The notes under the pieces were generated by a model. The model did not search any database, was not told the origin of the DNA, and saw only the letters and a program-made list of their open reading frames with translations. DNA of 64,000 bases from a virus, in IMG/VR virus record IMGVR_UViG_3300003323_000915, positions 13,249 to 77,248 of that record. One strand, given 5' to 3'. A program made the translations under genes and the position numbers. Below are positions 1 through 9,488 of the stretch, one piece after another (within the stretch, counting starts at the first letter, position 1; the number at the start of each line of letters is the position of its first letter).

Positions 1-564
1 CCACCAGAAGTTCGCAAGATGGCGATGAAAAATATGATCGCTTTTGTCGGGTTTAGCGCATTAGTGTTGACTATTGCAAGTGCGGCCGGCGCCGATGTTG
101 AGCATGACCCACGCAGCTCTGATTTTGCCAAGATGAGAATCGGAGACACACGTTACGATATCCTTGCCGGATTCCAGCAGGTGATACGCCTTTTCGCTCA
201 GCTTTCTTCCGGGCAACGGAAGAGCACAAGCACCGGTAAAATTACAGATCTTGATGGCAAGAAATTCCCGTTCGAAAATCGTGGTGATGTAGCATTGCGA
301 TTTGCTCGATCAAAGCTGGCCCCATCCGCAGGCAGCACGGTGAATTTACTTACAGGAAAAGACATTGTAGGCCAGGAGGTTACCATTGAAGGCGAGGCGG
401 TGAAGAATGTGATCCCTCTTTACATCCAAGATATTTATTCATTATACCAGAAAGAGACGCCAACTGGTCTTGTCTCATCGTTGATCCCGGCATTTTTCGG
501 GGTTAGTGTACAGAACTATAGCAAGAAGAAGGAGAAGCCAAAAGAACCAATTTCTCCATGGTAA
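1..564 (+). CDS. C-terminal part of a large virion/ejected (polyvalent-type) protein; 5'-partial
   Basis: Frame is open from base 1. The C-terminus (GKDIVGQEV...VIPLYIQDI...LIPAFFGVSVQNY) resembles the ends of large phage ejection proteins. Confidence 0.55.
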   Translation, partial: PPEVRKMAMKNMIAFVGFSALVLTIASAAGADVEHDPRSSDFAKMRIGDTRYDILAGFQQVIRLFAQLSSGQRKSTSTGKITDLDGKKFPFENRGDVALRFARSKLAPSAGSTVNLLTGKDIVGQEVTIEGEAVKNVIPLYIQDIYSLYQKETPTGLVSSLIPAFFGVSVQNYSKKKEKPKEPISPW

Positions 565-589
565 CTATTTTCATTAAATTTACTCTTAA

Positions 590-1105
590 ATGTCGCACTC
601 TATGTTAAACGAAACACTATTCCATCCTGAAACCGGCACCTTCCGAGCAGTAACAGGGGGCGCATATAATCTTCCAAATTCCTACGGCGATATTGTTTCC
701 GGATCATCCTTCCCGGTGAAGGGGACAATCCCAATCGCAAATACCCATGTTGGTACATTCAAATCAACAGGCAAGGCTGTACGAGGAACAGGCACATTTT
801 TCACAAAGCTGATTCAGGGCAGTTTTCTATATGACGGGAATGTTTTACGTCAAATTGACTATGTGGTTGCTGATGATTTTCTGTTTCTGAAAGAAGGATT
901 CCCGACAGATGTTACGGCTGCAACTGCGGTGAATGTGTGTGTAAATCAGTTTTACAAAATGATTCTCGCTAAGAGCACGCATGCAACCGCATCTGCGACT
1001 TTGCAGGAAGCTCCATTTCGCCCAGGTGATCACACGGTAAATGGCGGTGCACCGTATAGCTACGATGCAACAACAGGAGAAATTTCATTTCAGGTATCGC
1101 AATAA
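590..1105 (+). CDS. Hypothetical, possibly virion structural protein
   Basis: 171-aa ORF, Gly/Thr-rich with beta-type composition. Confidence 0.55.
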   Translation: MSHSMLNETLFHPETGTFRAVTGGAYNLPNSYGDIVSGSSFPVKGTIPIANTHVGTFKSTGKAVRGTGTFFTKLIQGSFLYDGNVLRQIDYVVADDFLFLKEGFPTDVTAATAVNVCVNQFYKMILAKSTHATASATLQEAPFRPGDHTVNGGAPYSYDATTGEISFQVSQ

Positions 1106-1169
1106 AAATGAAACAATACCGGATAAATAAGGTGTTTACTTGGAATAAAAGTTGTGGTATTTTTATATC

Positions 1170-1328
1170 ATGCTTTTCTATTTCATCCTTGCCGGAATTG
1201 TTCTCGCATTCGTGATTGCGAGGCTCGTGATGTTGTGTTACGAGATAACTAAAGCTTTCAAACAAATAGAGGATTATTATGGAAAAGAAAAAAAAAGAAA
1301 AATCGAAGCCGAAAAAAACGGTAGTTAA
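1170..1328 (+). CDS. Small single-TM protein (52 aa)
   Basis: Hand-translated MLFYFILAGIVLAFVIARLVML...; below the ORF-track cutoff. Confidence 0.4.
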   Translation: MLFYFILAGIVLAFVIARLVMLCYEITKAFKQIEDYYGKEKKRKIEAEKNGS

Positions 1329-1398
1329 ACCTAAAACATCAGAATCTTCTGGTCCGCCCAACCCCGTTCCAGTTCCTCCTGGCTCAGGCAATGCTTAA
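1279..1398 (+). CDS. Small basic/Pro-rich peptide (39 aa)
   Basis: MEKKKKEKSKPKKTVVKPKTSESSGPPNPVPVPPGSGNA; its stop overlaps the next ORF's start region. Confidence 0.35.
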   Translation: MEKKKKEKSKPKKTVVKPKTSESSGPPNPVPVPPGSGNA

Positions 1399-1801
1399 CA
1401 AACCGTTAATCATAATCTACAGCCTCATTGTTTTGGCGCTAAATTTCATCTGGATGCCGGTCTACATCGGCGGATGGAGAGAAGTTATACACCCATTTTA
1501 TTACAAGCCAGAACAGGGCATAACTATCCCGGAATATTTCGATTTCATTGGCAGATGCCTGTCGTACATATTCATCTCGGTGGTTGTTACTATCCATAGT
1601 GAAAAGTATAAGTACCACTTGACAATCATTTCCTATCTGTGGTTTCTGTACCTCATTGATTTTATTCTCACGTATAATGATCCGGTCAAGTTTGGGGCTA
1701 TTTTTGGATTAACAGTTCCGCTATCGTATTCGATGTATATGGCAACCGGTTTATTGATTTGGCTTGTTGTTGAACTTTATAAAAGCAAACGTTATGTTTA
1801 G
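1391..1801 (+). CDS. Multi-pass membrane protein
   Basis: About 4 hydrophobic segments in 136 aa. Confidence 0.65.
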   Translation: MLNKPLIIIYSLIVLALNFIWMPVYIGGWREVIHPFYYKPEQGITIPEYFDFIGRCLSYIFISVVVTIHSEKYKYHLTIISYLWFLYLIDFILTYNDPVKFGAIFGLTVPLSYSMYMATGLLIWLVVELYKSKRYV

Positions 1802-2066
1802 ATATTTGCTCGCCCAGGCGACTGTTACACCTATCCCTGACGGGATCTTCTGGTACTCATTATCCACACTTTTGGCCTTATCGTTAATCTGGGTTCTGCA
1901 ACGATATGTAAACAAAACTGAAAAATTGCTTGAGAGGCTTGTTGCCGACGTGTCTTTATTGAAAATAAATGAGGCAACCCAGGATACTACTCTAAAAGAA
2001 CACGGAAAGGATATCCTCGCGCTCGAGACACGGATCAATGGGTTGCCTCATGTTAACTACAAATGA
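1794..2066 (+). CDS. Single-TM coiled-coil protein (holin/antiholin-like)
   Basis: TM segment followed by a heptad-like tail; upstream of the lysin. Confidence 0.5.
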   Translation: MFRYLLAQATVTPIPDGIFWYSLSTLLALSLIWVLQRYVNKTEKLLERLVADVSLLKINEATQDTTLKEHGKDILALETRINGLPHVNYK

Positions 2067-2168
2067 TGAATAAAAGCCACATCAAAAACTGAGCGATGGC
2101 TAATATTTTTAGCGATATAACAGTCCTACGAAACATAGCAGCAATAGTGCATTAAATAATCTTGCCAA

Positions 2169-2510
2169 ATGCCACTGACCGAGCTGGAAACCAGGTTGAT
2201 CATACTAGAAGAGCGGTCGGAGAACGCGAGGTTGCAGATTGCCAGGTTTGTTTCTCATCTCGAAAGCGAGCAACGCGTCACCGGGAACATATCAAAACGA
2301 GTTGATATGTGCGAAAAGATGATCGGCAATGCAGAGCACCAGATAGAAATGATGGATAAAATTTTACGGAATGGTAACGGTGGATTGGTTGTAAGAATCG
2401 ACAGACTCGAGCAACGGAACGACGGGAATAAAAATCGCCTAGTTTTAATCATCAGTATCGCCTCCACACTTATCAGTTTGATAACACTCATTTTACACAC
2501 AACGCGATGA
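2169..2510 (+). CDS. Coiled-coil protein with C-terminal TM (XhlA-like/holin-associated)
   Basis: LRNGNGGLVVRIDRLE plus a hydrophobic C-terminus; ATGA overlap with the lysin. Confidence 0.55.
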   Translation: MPLTELETRLIILEERSENARLQIARFVSHLESEQRVTGNISKRVDMCEKMIGNAEHQIEMMDKILRNGNGGLVVRIDRLEQRNDGNKNRLVLIISIASTLISLITLILHTTR

Positions 2511-2935
2511 AAGTAGTAATTGAAAGGGTTTATTTACCACAAGAGACATTGTCAAGTCTTTACGTTGTAAAGGACGATGATTTTGCTGCTGACTTTTTAA
2601 TATTCAAGTGCAAAGCCCTTGAGCCTCCAGACAAAGGAAATCAACACAACATCTCATGCATCCCAGAAGGGACGTATTGGGTACACAAAGAGGCAACATC
2701 AGAGGGGCATGAGTACCCGCACTTCCGCGTTGAGAATGTTCCTGGTAGAGGCGGCATACTCTGGCACGGTGGCAATTATTTCAAAGACACATTGGGTTGT
2801 CTCCTTGTTGGGGACTCATTTGGTGACAGAAATAAGGACGGTGTTTTAGATGTTTTAAACTCCCGGGCAACTCTCCAAAAATTATACGATCTGCTCCCGG
2901 ATAGATTCCAAGCTACTTATAAGAAAAAGCCATGA
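2507..2935 (+). CDS. DUF5675-family putative endolysin (L,D-transpeptidase-like)
   Basis: SCIPEGTY, VPGRGGILWHGGN and DTLGCLLVG motifs with conserved His/Cys. Confidence 0.8.
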   Translation: MKVVIERVYLPQETLSSLYVVKDDDFAADFLIFKCKALEPPDKGNQHNISCIPEGTYWVHKEATSEGHEYPHFRVENVPGRGGILWHGGNYFKDTLGCLLVGDSFGDRNKDGVLDVLNSRATLQKLYDLLPDRFQATYKKKP

Positions 2936-3225
2936 AATACGTCATCAGTAATATAATCGAGTCGCTCCATAACAATCCTGGCGGATTCTCTGCGCGGAAG
3001 CTGAGTGCGTTGTATTGCCTTATCGTCGGCATGGTTGTGACATTTAAGTTCGGGAATTCAAACAATAGCGTTGAGCTTACCATCATATGGGTGCTCGCCG
3101 CATTTCTATTTCTAGGCATCATAACATTTCAGCAGATCACTGATTTCAAGAACGGCACGAAAGTAACCAAGGAGAATAAAACCACGGTCGTTCAGACACA
3201 AACAGAAATAAAAAAGCCCGAATAA
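2932..3225 (+). CDS. Putative holin
   Basis: Two TM segments, SARKL motif, charged C-terminus; coupled to the lysin. Confidence 0.6.
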   Translation: MKYVISNIIESLHNNPGGFSARKLSALYCLIVGMVVTFKFGNSNNSVELTIIWVLAAFLFLGIITFQQITDFKNGTKVTKENKTTVVQTQTEIKKPE

Positions 3226-3236
3226 ATCGGGCTTTT
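3212..3236. terminator. Bidirectional intrinsic terminator
   Basis: AAAAGCCCGA-ataaa-TCGGGCTTTT between convergent genes. Confidence 0.8.
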
Positions 3237-3239
3237 AGT

Positions 3240-3545
3240 TTAAGCAGCGGGCTGTTCAGTTGCCGGCGGCTCTGGCGTTACCGCCGCGATCTGTTTTAGC
3301 TTATCTGCCACTCCCTGAAGTTCAGTTAATGCAGCAGCTTGTTCATCTGGCGATAATCCGCCAGCACCGAGTTGATTCGTTAGACGAGTGATGTCGTCTG
3401 CAATGTTGTTTGTGGCTTCGTTGATCTGTGCGAAGGCCGCGTCGAAATCTTGCTTTGTGACCATGGTACGTAAGATATGTTTAAGTAAGTGAATAATTTC
3501 AGATTCTCCTCCGTTGTGAATGTATACGTGGACGTCGAGTTTCAT
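3240..3545 (-). CDS. Hypothetical helical protein
   Basis: 101-aa Ala/Gln-rich ORF ending at the terminator. Confidence 0.6.
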   Translation of the reverse strand: MKLDVHVYIHNGGESEIIHLLKHILRTMVTKQDFDAAFAQINEATNNIADDITRLTNQLGAGGLSPDEQAAALTELQGVADKLKQIAAVTPEPPATEQPAA

Positions 3546-3639
3546 AGTGCGAATATAGGCAACAAAAATTATTCCGCGATTTTCACTATAATTGTATCCA
3601 ATATCTATCTCCGATGCACACGTGAGACTGACGCCTTTG

Positions 3640-3670
3640 AAACCCCTGACTTAGTTAGGGGTTTTTGTTT
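3640..3670. terminator. Intrinsic terminator
   Basis: AAACCCCTGAC-tta-GTTAGGGGTTT followed by a T-run. Confidence 0.65.
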
Positions 3671-4034
3671 AACCGGCAGAGTACAGAAAGTACGGAGGGT
3701 TTAATTCAAGTATTGGCGGTATCTGTTCAACGACTTGTTCCAATCCGCTAATAAAGTCATCATTGAAATCTTCGTCATCAGAAAATGGGCTTCCTAATAT
3801 ACGTTTTGAAATCTCAATAAAATTATGGCGTCCTTTAATGTTAAGTAGGAATCTGCAAATCTTAACCAGTTTTTCAACATCCTTTACATCAATCCGGTTT
3901 TCATCTGGAGCCCATTTGTCGTTAGGATCTGACCAATTGTATGAATGGACATGGAAAAAAGTATTCAATACATATTTCTTCCGGAAGTATGCCTCCTCGC
4001 CTGTTGGAGTGAATAACGATTGATCAAGTCCCAT
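3669..4034 (-). CDS. Conserved phage hypothetical protein
   Basis: MGLDQ...AYFRK N-terminus typical of a widespread phage family. Confidence 0.65.
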   Translation of the reverse strand: MGLDQSLFTPTGEEAYFRKKYVLNTFFHVHSYNWSDPNDKWAPDENRIDVKDVEKLVKICRFLLNIKGRHNFIEISKRILGSPFSDDEDFNDDFISGLEQVVEQIPPILELNPPYFLYSAG

Positions 4035-4035
4035 C

Positions 4036-4782
4036 TCAGTTTAATTTACCAATAACATCCTGCGCCGGCATCACAAAATAATCTTCATCCTCAATCTTCA
4101 CAGGACAATCTGCGTTTGGTAGGTATACAATTAGATCGCCGACGTTACGCCCTTCATGGTGCGAATGTTCAATCGTAGCGAGCAACCATTTATTCTCCAG
4201 CTTCGACTTAGTAATAATCCCGGCCTTTGTTGTAATCTCCTCCCATGTGTCCTTCTTCGGCTTCACTAAGATCCATTCGCCTTGTGTGATTATCTTTCCG
4301 TCACGCACCACGCAGATCAGGTCCGTGACGCACATGCGGTACACCTCACGGCCTTTCTCCTTCTCCAGCATATTCTCGTCCTCGGTGACCTGCGGCATGA
4401 AATAGACCGTGTCTCCTGCCTGCACATCAACCATTTTGGAGATGTCGGCCATGGTCACCACATCGTACTTATCGAATGTGCTCGGGTAATACGACTTATC
4501 CGCGTGATTCCGGTACCCCTCGTTGATTCTGACTACGATATCATCGTGGCCAACATATTTGTGATACGCGGGCATGCCGTCGTCAATTGCGCGATAGGCA
4601 GTATCGGAAAATGCTTGCGGTACTGAGAGAACCTTGCCGCAGATTCTTTTATGCTCGTTGCGGTCCATGTCCGTATCATCGATCCACGCAGTATTAAGGA
4701 GGATAATGCCGGATTTTGTTTTCCTTTCATTGTATCTGCTTTCAATTTCTACGATGAAATAATCTTGAATTGGTTCGATCAT
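4036..4782 (-). CDS. Tandem two-domain GroES (cpn10)-like co-chaperonin
   Basis: Two mobile-loop motifs (KTKSGIIL, TTKAGII), two GD-x-V-Y strands, and a C-terminal YFVMPAQDVIGKL. Confidence 0.7.
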   Translation of the reverse strand: MIEPIQDYFIVEIESRYNERKTKSGIILLNTAWIDDTDMDRNEHKRICGKVLSVPQAFSDTAYRAIDDGMPAYHKYVGHDDIVVRINEGYRNHADKSYYPSTFDKYDVVTMADISKMVDVQAGDTVYFMPQVTEDENMLEKEKGREVYRMCVTDLICVVRDGKIITQGEWILVKPKKDTWEEITTKAGIITKSKLENKWLLATIEHSHHEGRNVGDLIVYLPNADCPVKIEDEDYFVMPAQDVIGKLN

Positions 4783-4786
4783 AGAT

Positions 4787-4811
4787 CAAAAGTATCGTAA
4801 CATTTGTTACT
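4787..4811 (-). promoter_or_regulatory. Bacteroidota -7 promoter element (TACTTTTG) with adjacent palindromic operator
   Basis: Plus-strand CAAAAGTA at 4787-4794 and GTAACATTTGTTACT at 4797-4811. Confidence 0.6.
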
Positions 4812-4852
4812 AACCAAGGAATTAGTTACGTTTGTGAACAGGGATGGCAAAG

Positions 4853-4879
4853 AAAAAACCGCCGGCGAACCGGAGGTTT
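4853..4879 (-). terminator. Intrinsic terminator with UUCG loop
   Basis: Minus strand AAACCTCCGG-TTCG-CCGGCGGTTTTTT, after ORF 4900-5145. Confidence 0.75.
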
Positions 4880-4899
4880 AAGGAGTGGGGCTGGAAATC

Positions 4900-5145
4900 T
4901 TAAGCGTCCAGCAGCGTTTTGATCTGCGCTACAGTTTGAGCAACGTAGAATTTCTTCAGTACGCCAGGGCCAAACGATGTAGTGATTGATGACTTAACGC
5001 CGGTGAAATAAGTGTTTTTGAAGTTGTAGACACTCGCTGGATCTACACTTTGAATATCAGCGACGATAAAGTTTTGAGTGTATTTTTGGAATAAGTCGTT
5101 GCCTGTTCCGAACTCATACACATCAATGTTGATATTGGTTGCCAT
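4900..5145 (-). CDS. Small hypothetical protein (possible capsid accessory protein)
   Basis: 81-aa ORF with its own terminator. Confidence 0.6.
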   Translation of the reverse strand: MATNINIDVYEFGTGNDLFQKYTQNFIVADIQSVDPASVYNFKNTYFTGVKSSITTSFGPGVLKKFYVAQTVAQIKTLLDA

Positions 5146-5192
5146 GTTGTCAAATGTTTTAGGTTTGTTATAACAGTCTTAAAGATACGCAA

Positions 5193-5996
5193 TTGGAAAA
5201 TAAATTACTATTCAAGCATTCCTGCTTCTCTGGGGATCTCATCTACGCGATGGCTGGCATCAAGGCAATCTGTGAGAACAGCGGGCACAAAGCAGTGATT
5301 TACCAATGGCTTGATCAAAAAGCGCGTATCTATGACGGCGCCGAGCATCCGTACGGAAACTCAATGATGAACCAATACGCGTTCGACATGCTGAAGCCAC
5401 TGATCGAAGCGCAGCCGTACGTAGAAGCATTTCTTCCATGGCAAGGCGAGAAGGTGATGGTCGATCTGGACATGCTTCGCCAAGTGAAATCGCACATGCC
5501 TTATGGCAATATCGTGACGTGGCTGCCGATGGTGTTCGCGGAAATGCGGCCGGAGTATTGGAAGCCTTGGATATCATACGATATTTTCAAGGATAATATA
5601 AGTCCGAAAGCACAAGTAATGAATAGAATTCTTATTAATCGGACTTCCCGATACCAAGGCGCATGGATTGACTATTTCCATCTCAAAAAATACGAAGGGC
5701 AGATGGTGTTCACTGGGACTGAGCAAGAGTACAAAACGTTCAAAGCCGACTGGAATTTAGACTTGCCTTATCTGGAGCTGAAAGATTTCCATCAGCTTGC
5801 CGTGGCAATATCCTCCTGCAAACTTTTCATCGGCAACCAGTCAATGTGCTTCGCTATCGCAGAGGCATTGAAAGTTCCGCGTCTTTTGGAAGTATGCGAC
5901 TTCGCGCCGAACGTGCATCCGTGCGGTGATGGTGGATATTACTTCCGCGTGACAGAGGTGTTTCAGTATTATGTGGATAAACTGATGTCAGAATGA
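5193..5996 (+). CDS. GT9-family (ADP-heptose:LPS heptosyltransferase-like) glycosyltransferase
   Basis: HSCFSGDLIY N-terminal GD motif; LAVAISSCKLFIGNQSMCFAIAEALKVP GT-B C-terminal motif; TTG start. Confidence 0.75.
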   Translation: MENKLLFKHSCFSGDLIYAMAGIKAICENSGHKAVIYQWLDQKARIYDGAEHPYGNSMMNQYAFDMLKPLIEAQPYVEAFLPWQGEKVMVDLDMLRQVKSHMPYGNIVTWLPMVFAEMRPEYWKPWISYDIFKDNISPKAQVMNRILINRTSRYQGAWIDYFHLKKYEGQMVFTGTEQEYKTFKADWNLDLPYLELKDFHQLAVAISSCKLFIGNQSMCFAIAEALKVPRLLEVCDFAPNVHPCGDGGYYFRVTEVFQYYVDKLMSE

Positions 5997-6310
5997 AAAA
6001 GAATACCAAGCAACAAATTGACCACTTACGAATAGCCCTCAGCATGACAGGTCTGGCAGTTAATAATCCTACCTGTGATTTAATCTTGACGGTACAATCA
6101 GAGATGAAGCGCCTAGGTGAAAAATACTCGCTGCGTGATGCCGCCGCTGTTGAGGTGTTTATTGAAAATAAGTATAAACCGAAAACCGAAGATAAAAATG
6201 AACAAGAAAGTATTCTACATGCCCGGCGAAGAACTGACGGAAGAAGAAAAGAAAATTGCTTCCGAGACACTCAAGCAACAACAGGAGAAAACCCAAAAGG
6301 AACTTGCTGA
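5993..6310 (+). CDS. Hypothetical protein
   Basis: ATGA-coupled to the upstream gene; 3' end overlaps groES. Confidence 0.5.
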   Translation: MKKNTKQQIDHLRIALSMTGLAVNNPTCDLILTVQSEMKRLGEKYSLRDAAAVEVFIENKYKPKTEDKNEQESILHARRRTDGRRKENCFRDTQATTGENPKGTC

Positions 6311-6638
6311 TCGCGCCGACGCAACGGCACAAAAAAAATCCACTGTCGATTTCATGAACGTGAATTTTGAGCCGTTCGAAGATCGTATTCTTGTTTATCC
6401 TGATCCGGTGGAGGCAACAACGAAGGGAGGCCTTTACAAGCCTGATGCTGTTATCGAGAAAGCAAAGCCAGTGACCGGAACTGTTGTTAAAGTCGGCCCT
6501 GGTAAACCAAACTTCAAACTCAACATCGTTCCTGGTGATAGGATATCGTACGGGAATTATGCTGGCACATCCATACAATTCGGTGAGATAAATTATCTGA
6601 TCATGCGGTTCGCTGACTGTTTCGGGAAGGTATCATGA
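6198..6638 (+). CDS. groES: Co-chaperonin GroES with N-terminal extension (start uncertain)
   Basis: FEPFEDRILV...TTKGGLYKPD...GTVVKVGPG...GDRISYGNYAGT...YLIMR. Confidence 0.85.
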   Translation: MNKKVFYMPGEELTEEEKKIASETLKQQQEKTQKELADRADATAQKKSTVDFMNVNFEPFEDRILVYPDPVEATTKGGLYKPDAVIEKAKPVTGTVVKVGPGKPNFKLNIVPGDRISYGNYAGTSIQFGEINYLIMRFADCFGKVS

Positions 6639-8077
6639 TTGAACTACCGAAAGTAACGCTCATAGCTATAACCACGCGTGATTACGGATCAACCGTGATG
6701 GCTCTTAAGAAGAGCCTTGAGCACATCAAGCCAGCAGACGTAATTTTATTCACAGACATCGCATTCGAAGATCCAGATTACCGGTGCGTGCTGGTCTCAA
6801 AAATGAACTGGGATGATTATAATCGGTTCGTCTGCACCGAATTATACAAGCACATCAACACCGAATACATCCTTCTGATTCAACATGATGGGTGGGTGCT
6901 CGATGGGGATCAATGGACCGATGACTTCCTGAACTACGACTACATCGGAGCGCCGTGGCTTTACAAGGACACCAGAAATGTCGGCAACGGCGGCTTCTCT
7001 CTGAGATCTCGCAGGCTACACGAAATACTGGCTACCGACAAGCTAATTAACGACAATGACGTCTATTCACCGGAAGATGAGGTCATCTGTCGATTATATC
7101 GTAGTTACCTTGAGAAGAACTACGCGATCCGTTTTGCGCCAGAAGAGCTCGCGCATCAATTCAGTTTTGAATGTCATGCGCCGAAAAGAAAAACGTTTGG
7201 ATTCCATAATTTCTTCCATGAACCATTCAAAGAATTTGTTATTCTGAAGAGGTCACACGCCATGGGTGACATCATTATGATGGAGCCTGTGATGGAGTAC
7301 TTTCACAACAAAGGATATCGTGTCGTGCTCGATGTTCAACCAGAGTATTTCCATCTTTTCCAATACCATCATTATCCTGTTCTGCACATCTCGCAGCTTC
7401 CATCAACTGATGGAATACGCTCTATCAATCTTGACATGTCGTACGAGGTAAAGCCAAAGCAGTTGGTTTTGAGGTCGTACTACGAGACATGCGGAATTAC
7501 CGATGGAGTCCTGCGCAACTCGGTTCTGAATTTTCCAGTCGACGATACAACGCGTCTTTTCAAAAAATACATTGTGTTGCACGTGGATGACACTGGCGTA
7601 CCTCAACGCGACGGATCGCGAAAGGACGGCATTCCCCATCGCGATGTGCATGGAGTTAACTGGGAGCTTGTGATTACATCCCTTGAGGACATGGGATACA
7701 CAGTCATACAGGTTGGTGGCCGAGATGATGGCCGGGTGAAGATGAATACGTCTACGAAGAACATGCTAATGTACCTGATCGCCGGAGCTGACTTTTTTAT
7801 AGGCGTTGATAGCGGGCCAAGTCAAATTGCTGTGAGTTTAGGAATTCGATCAATCATTTTCTTCGGCTCAGTGAATCCTGCATTCCGTTATCGTGATATG
7901 AGTAAAATTCGGGTGATACAAAACCATTGTGATAAGGCCGGGTGCTACCACTCTGTGCTCAGCGTTCGCGGTATTGATTGTGTGTACAATGAAAAGAAGC
8001 CACCATGCATTACGCATACCACGTATTCCGTGCAAGAACAAATAAAGCAACACATTAAATCTTTCGAAAATGAGTGA
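6635..8077 (+). CDS. DUF5672 (GT-A-like) domain fused to a GT9 heptosyltransferase-like domain
   Basis: N-terminal IQHDGW, YDYIGAPW, VGNGGFSLRS. C-terminal RSHAMGDII, FIGVDSGPSQIA, IIFFGS and a 4-Cys cluster. Confidence 0.8.
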   Translation: MIELPKVTLIAITTRDYGSTVMALKKSLEHIKPADVILFTDIAFEDPDYRCVLVSKMNWDDYNRFVCTELYKHINTEYILLIQHDGWVLDGDQWTDDFLNYDYIGAPWLYKDTRNVGNGGFSLRSRRLHEILATDKLINDNDVYSPEDEVICRLYRSYLEKNYAIRFAPEELAHQFSFECHAPKRKTFGFHNFFHEPFKEFVILKRSHAMGDIIMMEPVMEYFHNKGYRVVLDVQPEYFHLFQYHHYPVLHISQLPSTDGIRSINLDMSYEVKPKQLVLRSYYETCGITDGVLRNSVLNFPVDDTTRLFKKYIVLHVDDTGVPQRDGSRKDGIPHRDVHGVNWELVITSLEDMGYTVIQVGGRDDGRVKMNTSTKNMLMYLIAGADFFIGVDSGPSQIAVSLGIRSIIFFGSVNPAFRYRDMSKIRVIQNHCDKAGCYHSVLSVRGIDCVYNEKKPPCITHTTYSVQEQIKQHIKSFENE

Positions 8078-8594
8078 ACAAAAACAATACATGAGTGAAG
8101 CGGCTAAGGTGAGAGATTTGCCAAACGTGATGAAGTATATTACCGGAAGGGTTGCTGACATTGGAGCTGGGCATGATCCGATCACACCAGATTGTATTGC
8201 TTTTGATGGTCGTGATTTGTCAACAATCACTGTGCCTGGTGAGATTTTTATTACCGATGCCCATGGCATGTTTGATACAATTTTTTCATCTCACTTTCTT
8301 GAGCATGTCCCGAATCCAATTAATTACATTTACAATTGGCATCGTCATTTAAACGTTGGAGGTCATGTAGTACTCTATCTGCCAGAAAAAAGTTACTATA
8401 ATAACCACGATAATCCAGAGCATATGTTCAATTGGTCATTCGATGATTTTATGTTTTGGATAAGAAGGTCGGTTTGTGGTGACGGTAAAGATTTTAAAGG
8501 AAATCAGGTTCCAGCCTTGTTTAGTGTCATTGACTCAGGCCTTGATGTTGGTTATGACAAATATTCGTTTTATGTAATCCTAAGAAAATTATAA
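8070..8594 (+). CDS. Class I SAM-dependent methyltransferase
   Basis: VADIGAG, FDTIFSSHFLEH, LNVGG motifs. Confidence 0.8.
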   Translation: MSEQKQYMSEAAKVRDLPNVMKYITGRVADIGAGHDPITPDCIAFDGRDLSTITVPGEIFITDAHGMFDTIFSSHFLEHVPNPINYIYNWHRHLNVGGHVVLYLPEKSYYNNHDNPEHMFNWSFDDFMFWIRRSVCGDGKDFKGNQVPALFSVIDSGLDVGYDKYSFYVILRKL

Positions 8595-8597
8595 TTT

Positions 8598-9488
8598 ATG
8601 CCAACACTCGGAGGAAGCACATTCGTCTACAACGCCATCGCGCAAGACTACAATATCATTGAAACACTGAACTGCCTGTACGACATCTGTGACGAGGTGA
8701 GTGTGGCAATGGGCGGTGACGATGGGACAATTGAACTAATCTGTTCTTGGATTAAAGAGGCAACACTGAAGTCGTCAAAGCCAATTATATCGCAAATAAT
8801 TTCCGAATCAGAATGGAATGAACAACAAGGCCGCGAGAAGCTTTCTTATTTTTCAAATGTAGCAATTGGTAATTTAACGACTGACTACAACCTGTACGTT
8901 CAAGCGGACGAAGTTGTAAGTGAACAATGCATGCCATTCATCCGCCAGGCGATCGAGACCGGCAAGGAGGCATTCATGCTCACCAGAATAAACTGCTGGC
9001 AATCGGCTTACACGATGCTTGCTGTGGCACAGGATCGTAAGCCTTGCAGCACAGAGGTGATTCGTCTTACCAAGACAAAATACCGATGCGTGGATGATGC
9101 TGAGTCGCTGGGTGTGCCGGAGGTATCGTTCGAGTTCACACCGCATATCCGGATATACCATGTTGGATTTGTGCGCGACAAGGATAAGCATTTGACTAAG
9201 ATCTTGCACATGCAAGAGAAAGTGTTCTTATGGGAAGTAGATAAACGCATACACAACAACACCGATGGTTTTGACTGCTGGAAGTGGGGGTTCGATCATC
9301 GAGATGTTATGCCGATAAAAGAAAAGCTGCCGAAGTACATCCGGCAGTGGGCACAAGAAAGACTGGTTCCTCCGTTCAACGATTCCCCTGAAGGAAAAGA
9401 GTACGCGAAAGAATGGGTTAAATACGCGTATCCGGGTCAGGAGTATTCTGAAGATTTGTGGTGGCGATGGGCGAAGAAGTACCAGTGA
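8598..9488 (+). CDS. GT2-like (GT-A fold) glycosyltransferase
   Basis: CDEVSVAMGGDDGT, YVQADE (DxD-like), IYHVGFVR. Confidence 0.7.
   Translation: MPTLGGSTFVYNAIAQDYNIIETLNCLYDICDEVSVAMGGDDGTIELICSWIKEATLKSSKPIISQIISESEWNEQQGREKLSYFSNVAIGNLTTDYNLYVQADEVVSEQCMPFIRQAIETGKEAFMLTRINCWQSAYTMLAVAQDRKPCSTEVIRLTKTKYRCVDDAESLGVPEVSFEFTPHIRIYHVGFVRDKDKHLTKILHMQEKVFLWEVDKRIHNNTDGFDCWKWGFDHRDVMPIKEKLPKYIRQWAQERLVPPFNDSPEGKEYAKEWVKYAYPGQEYSEDLWWRWAKKYQ

Noticed and set aside
3586-3668. Small RNA from a TATAATTG element to the 3640 hairpin
   Set aside because: The promoter match is imperfect, and the hairpin is adequately explained as the terminator of the convergent gene.
5193-9488. Host LPS locus or bacterial contamination
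   Set aside because: The genes are interleaved and translationally coupled with phage-type ORFs, and no flanking bacterial housekeeping genes are present.
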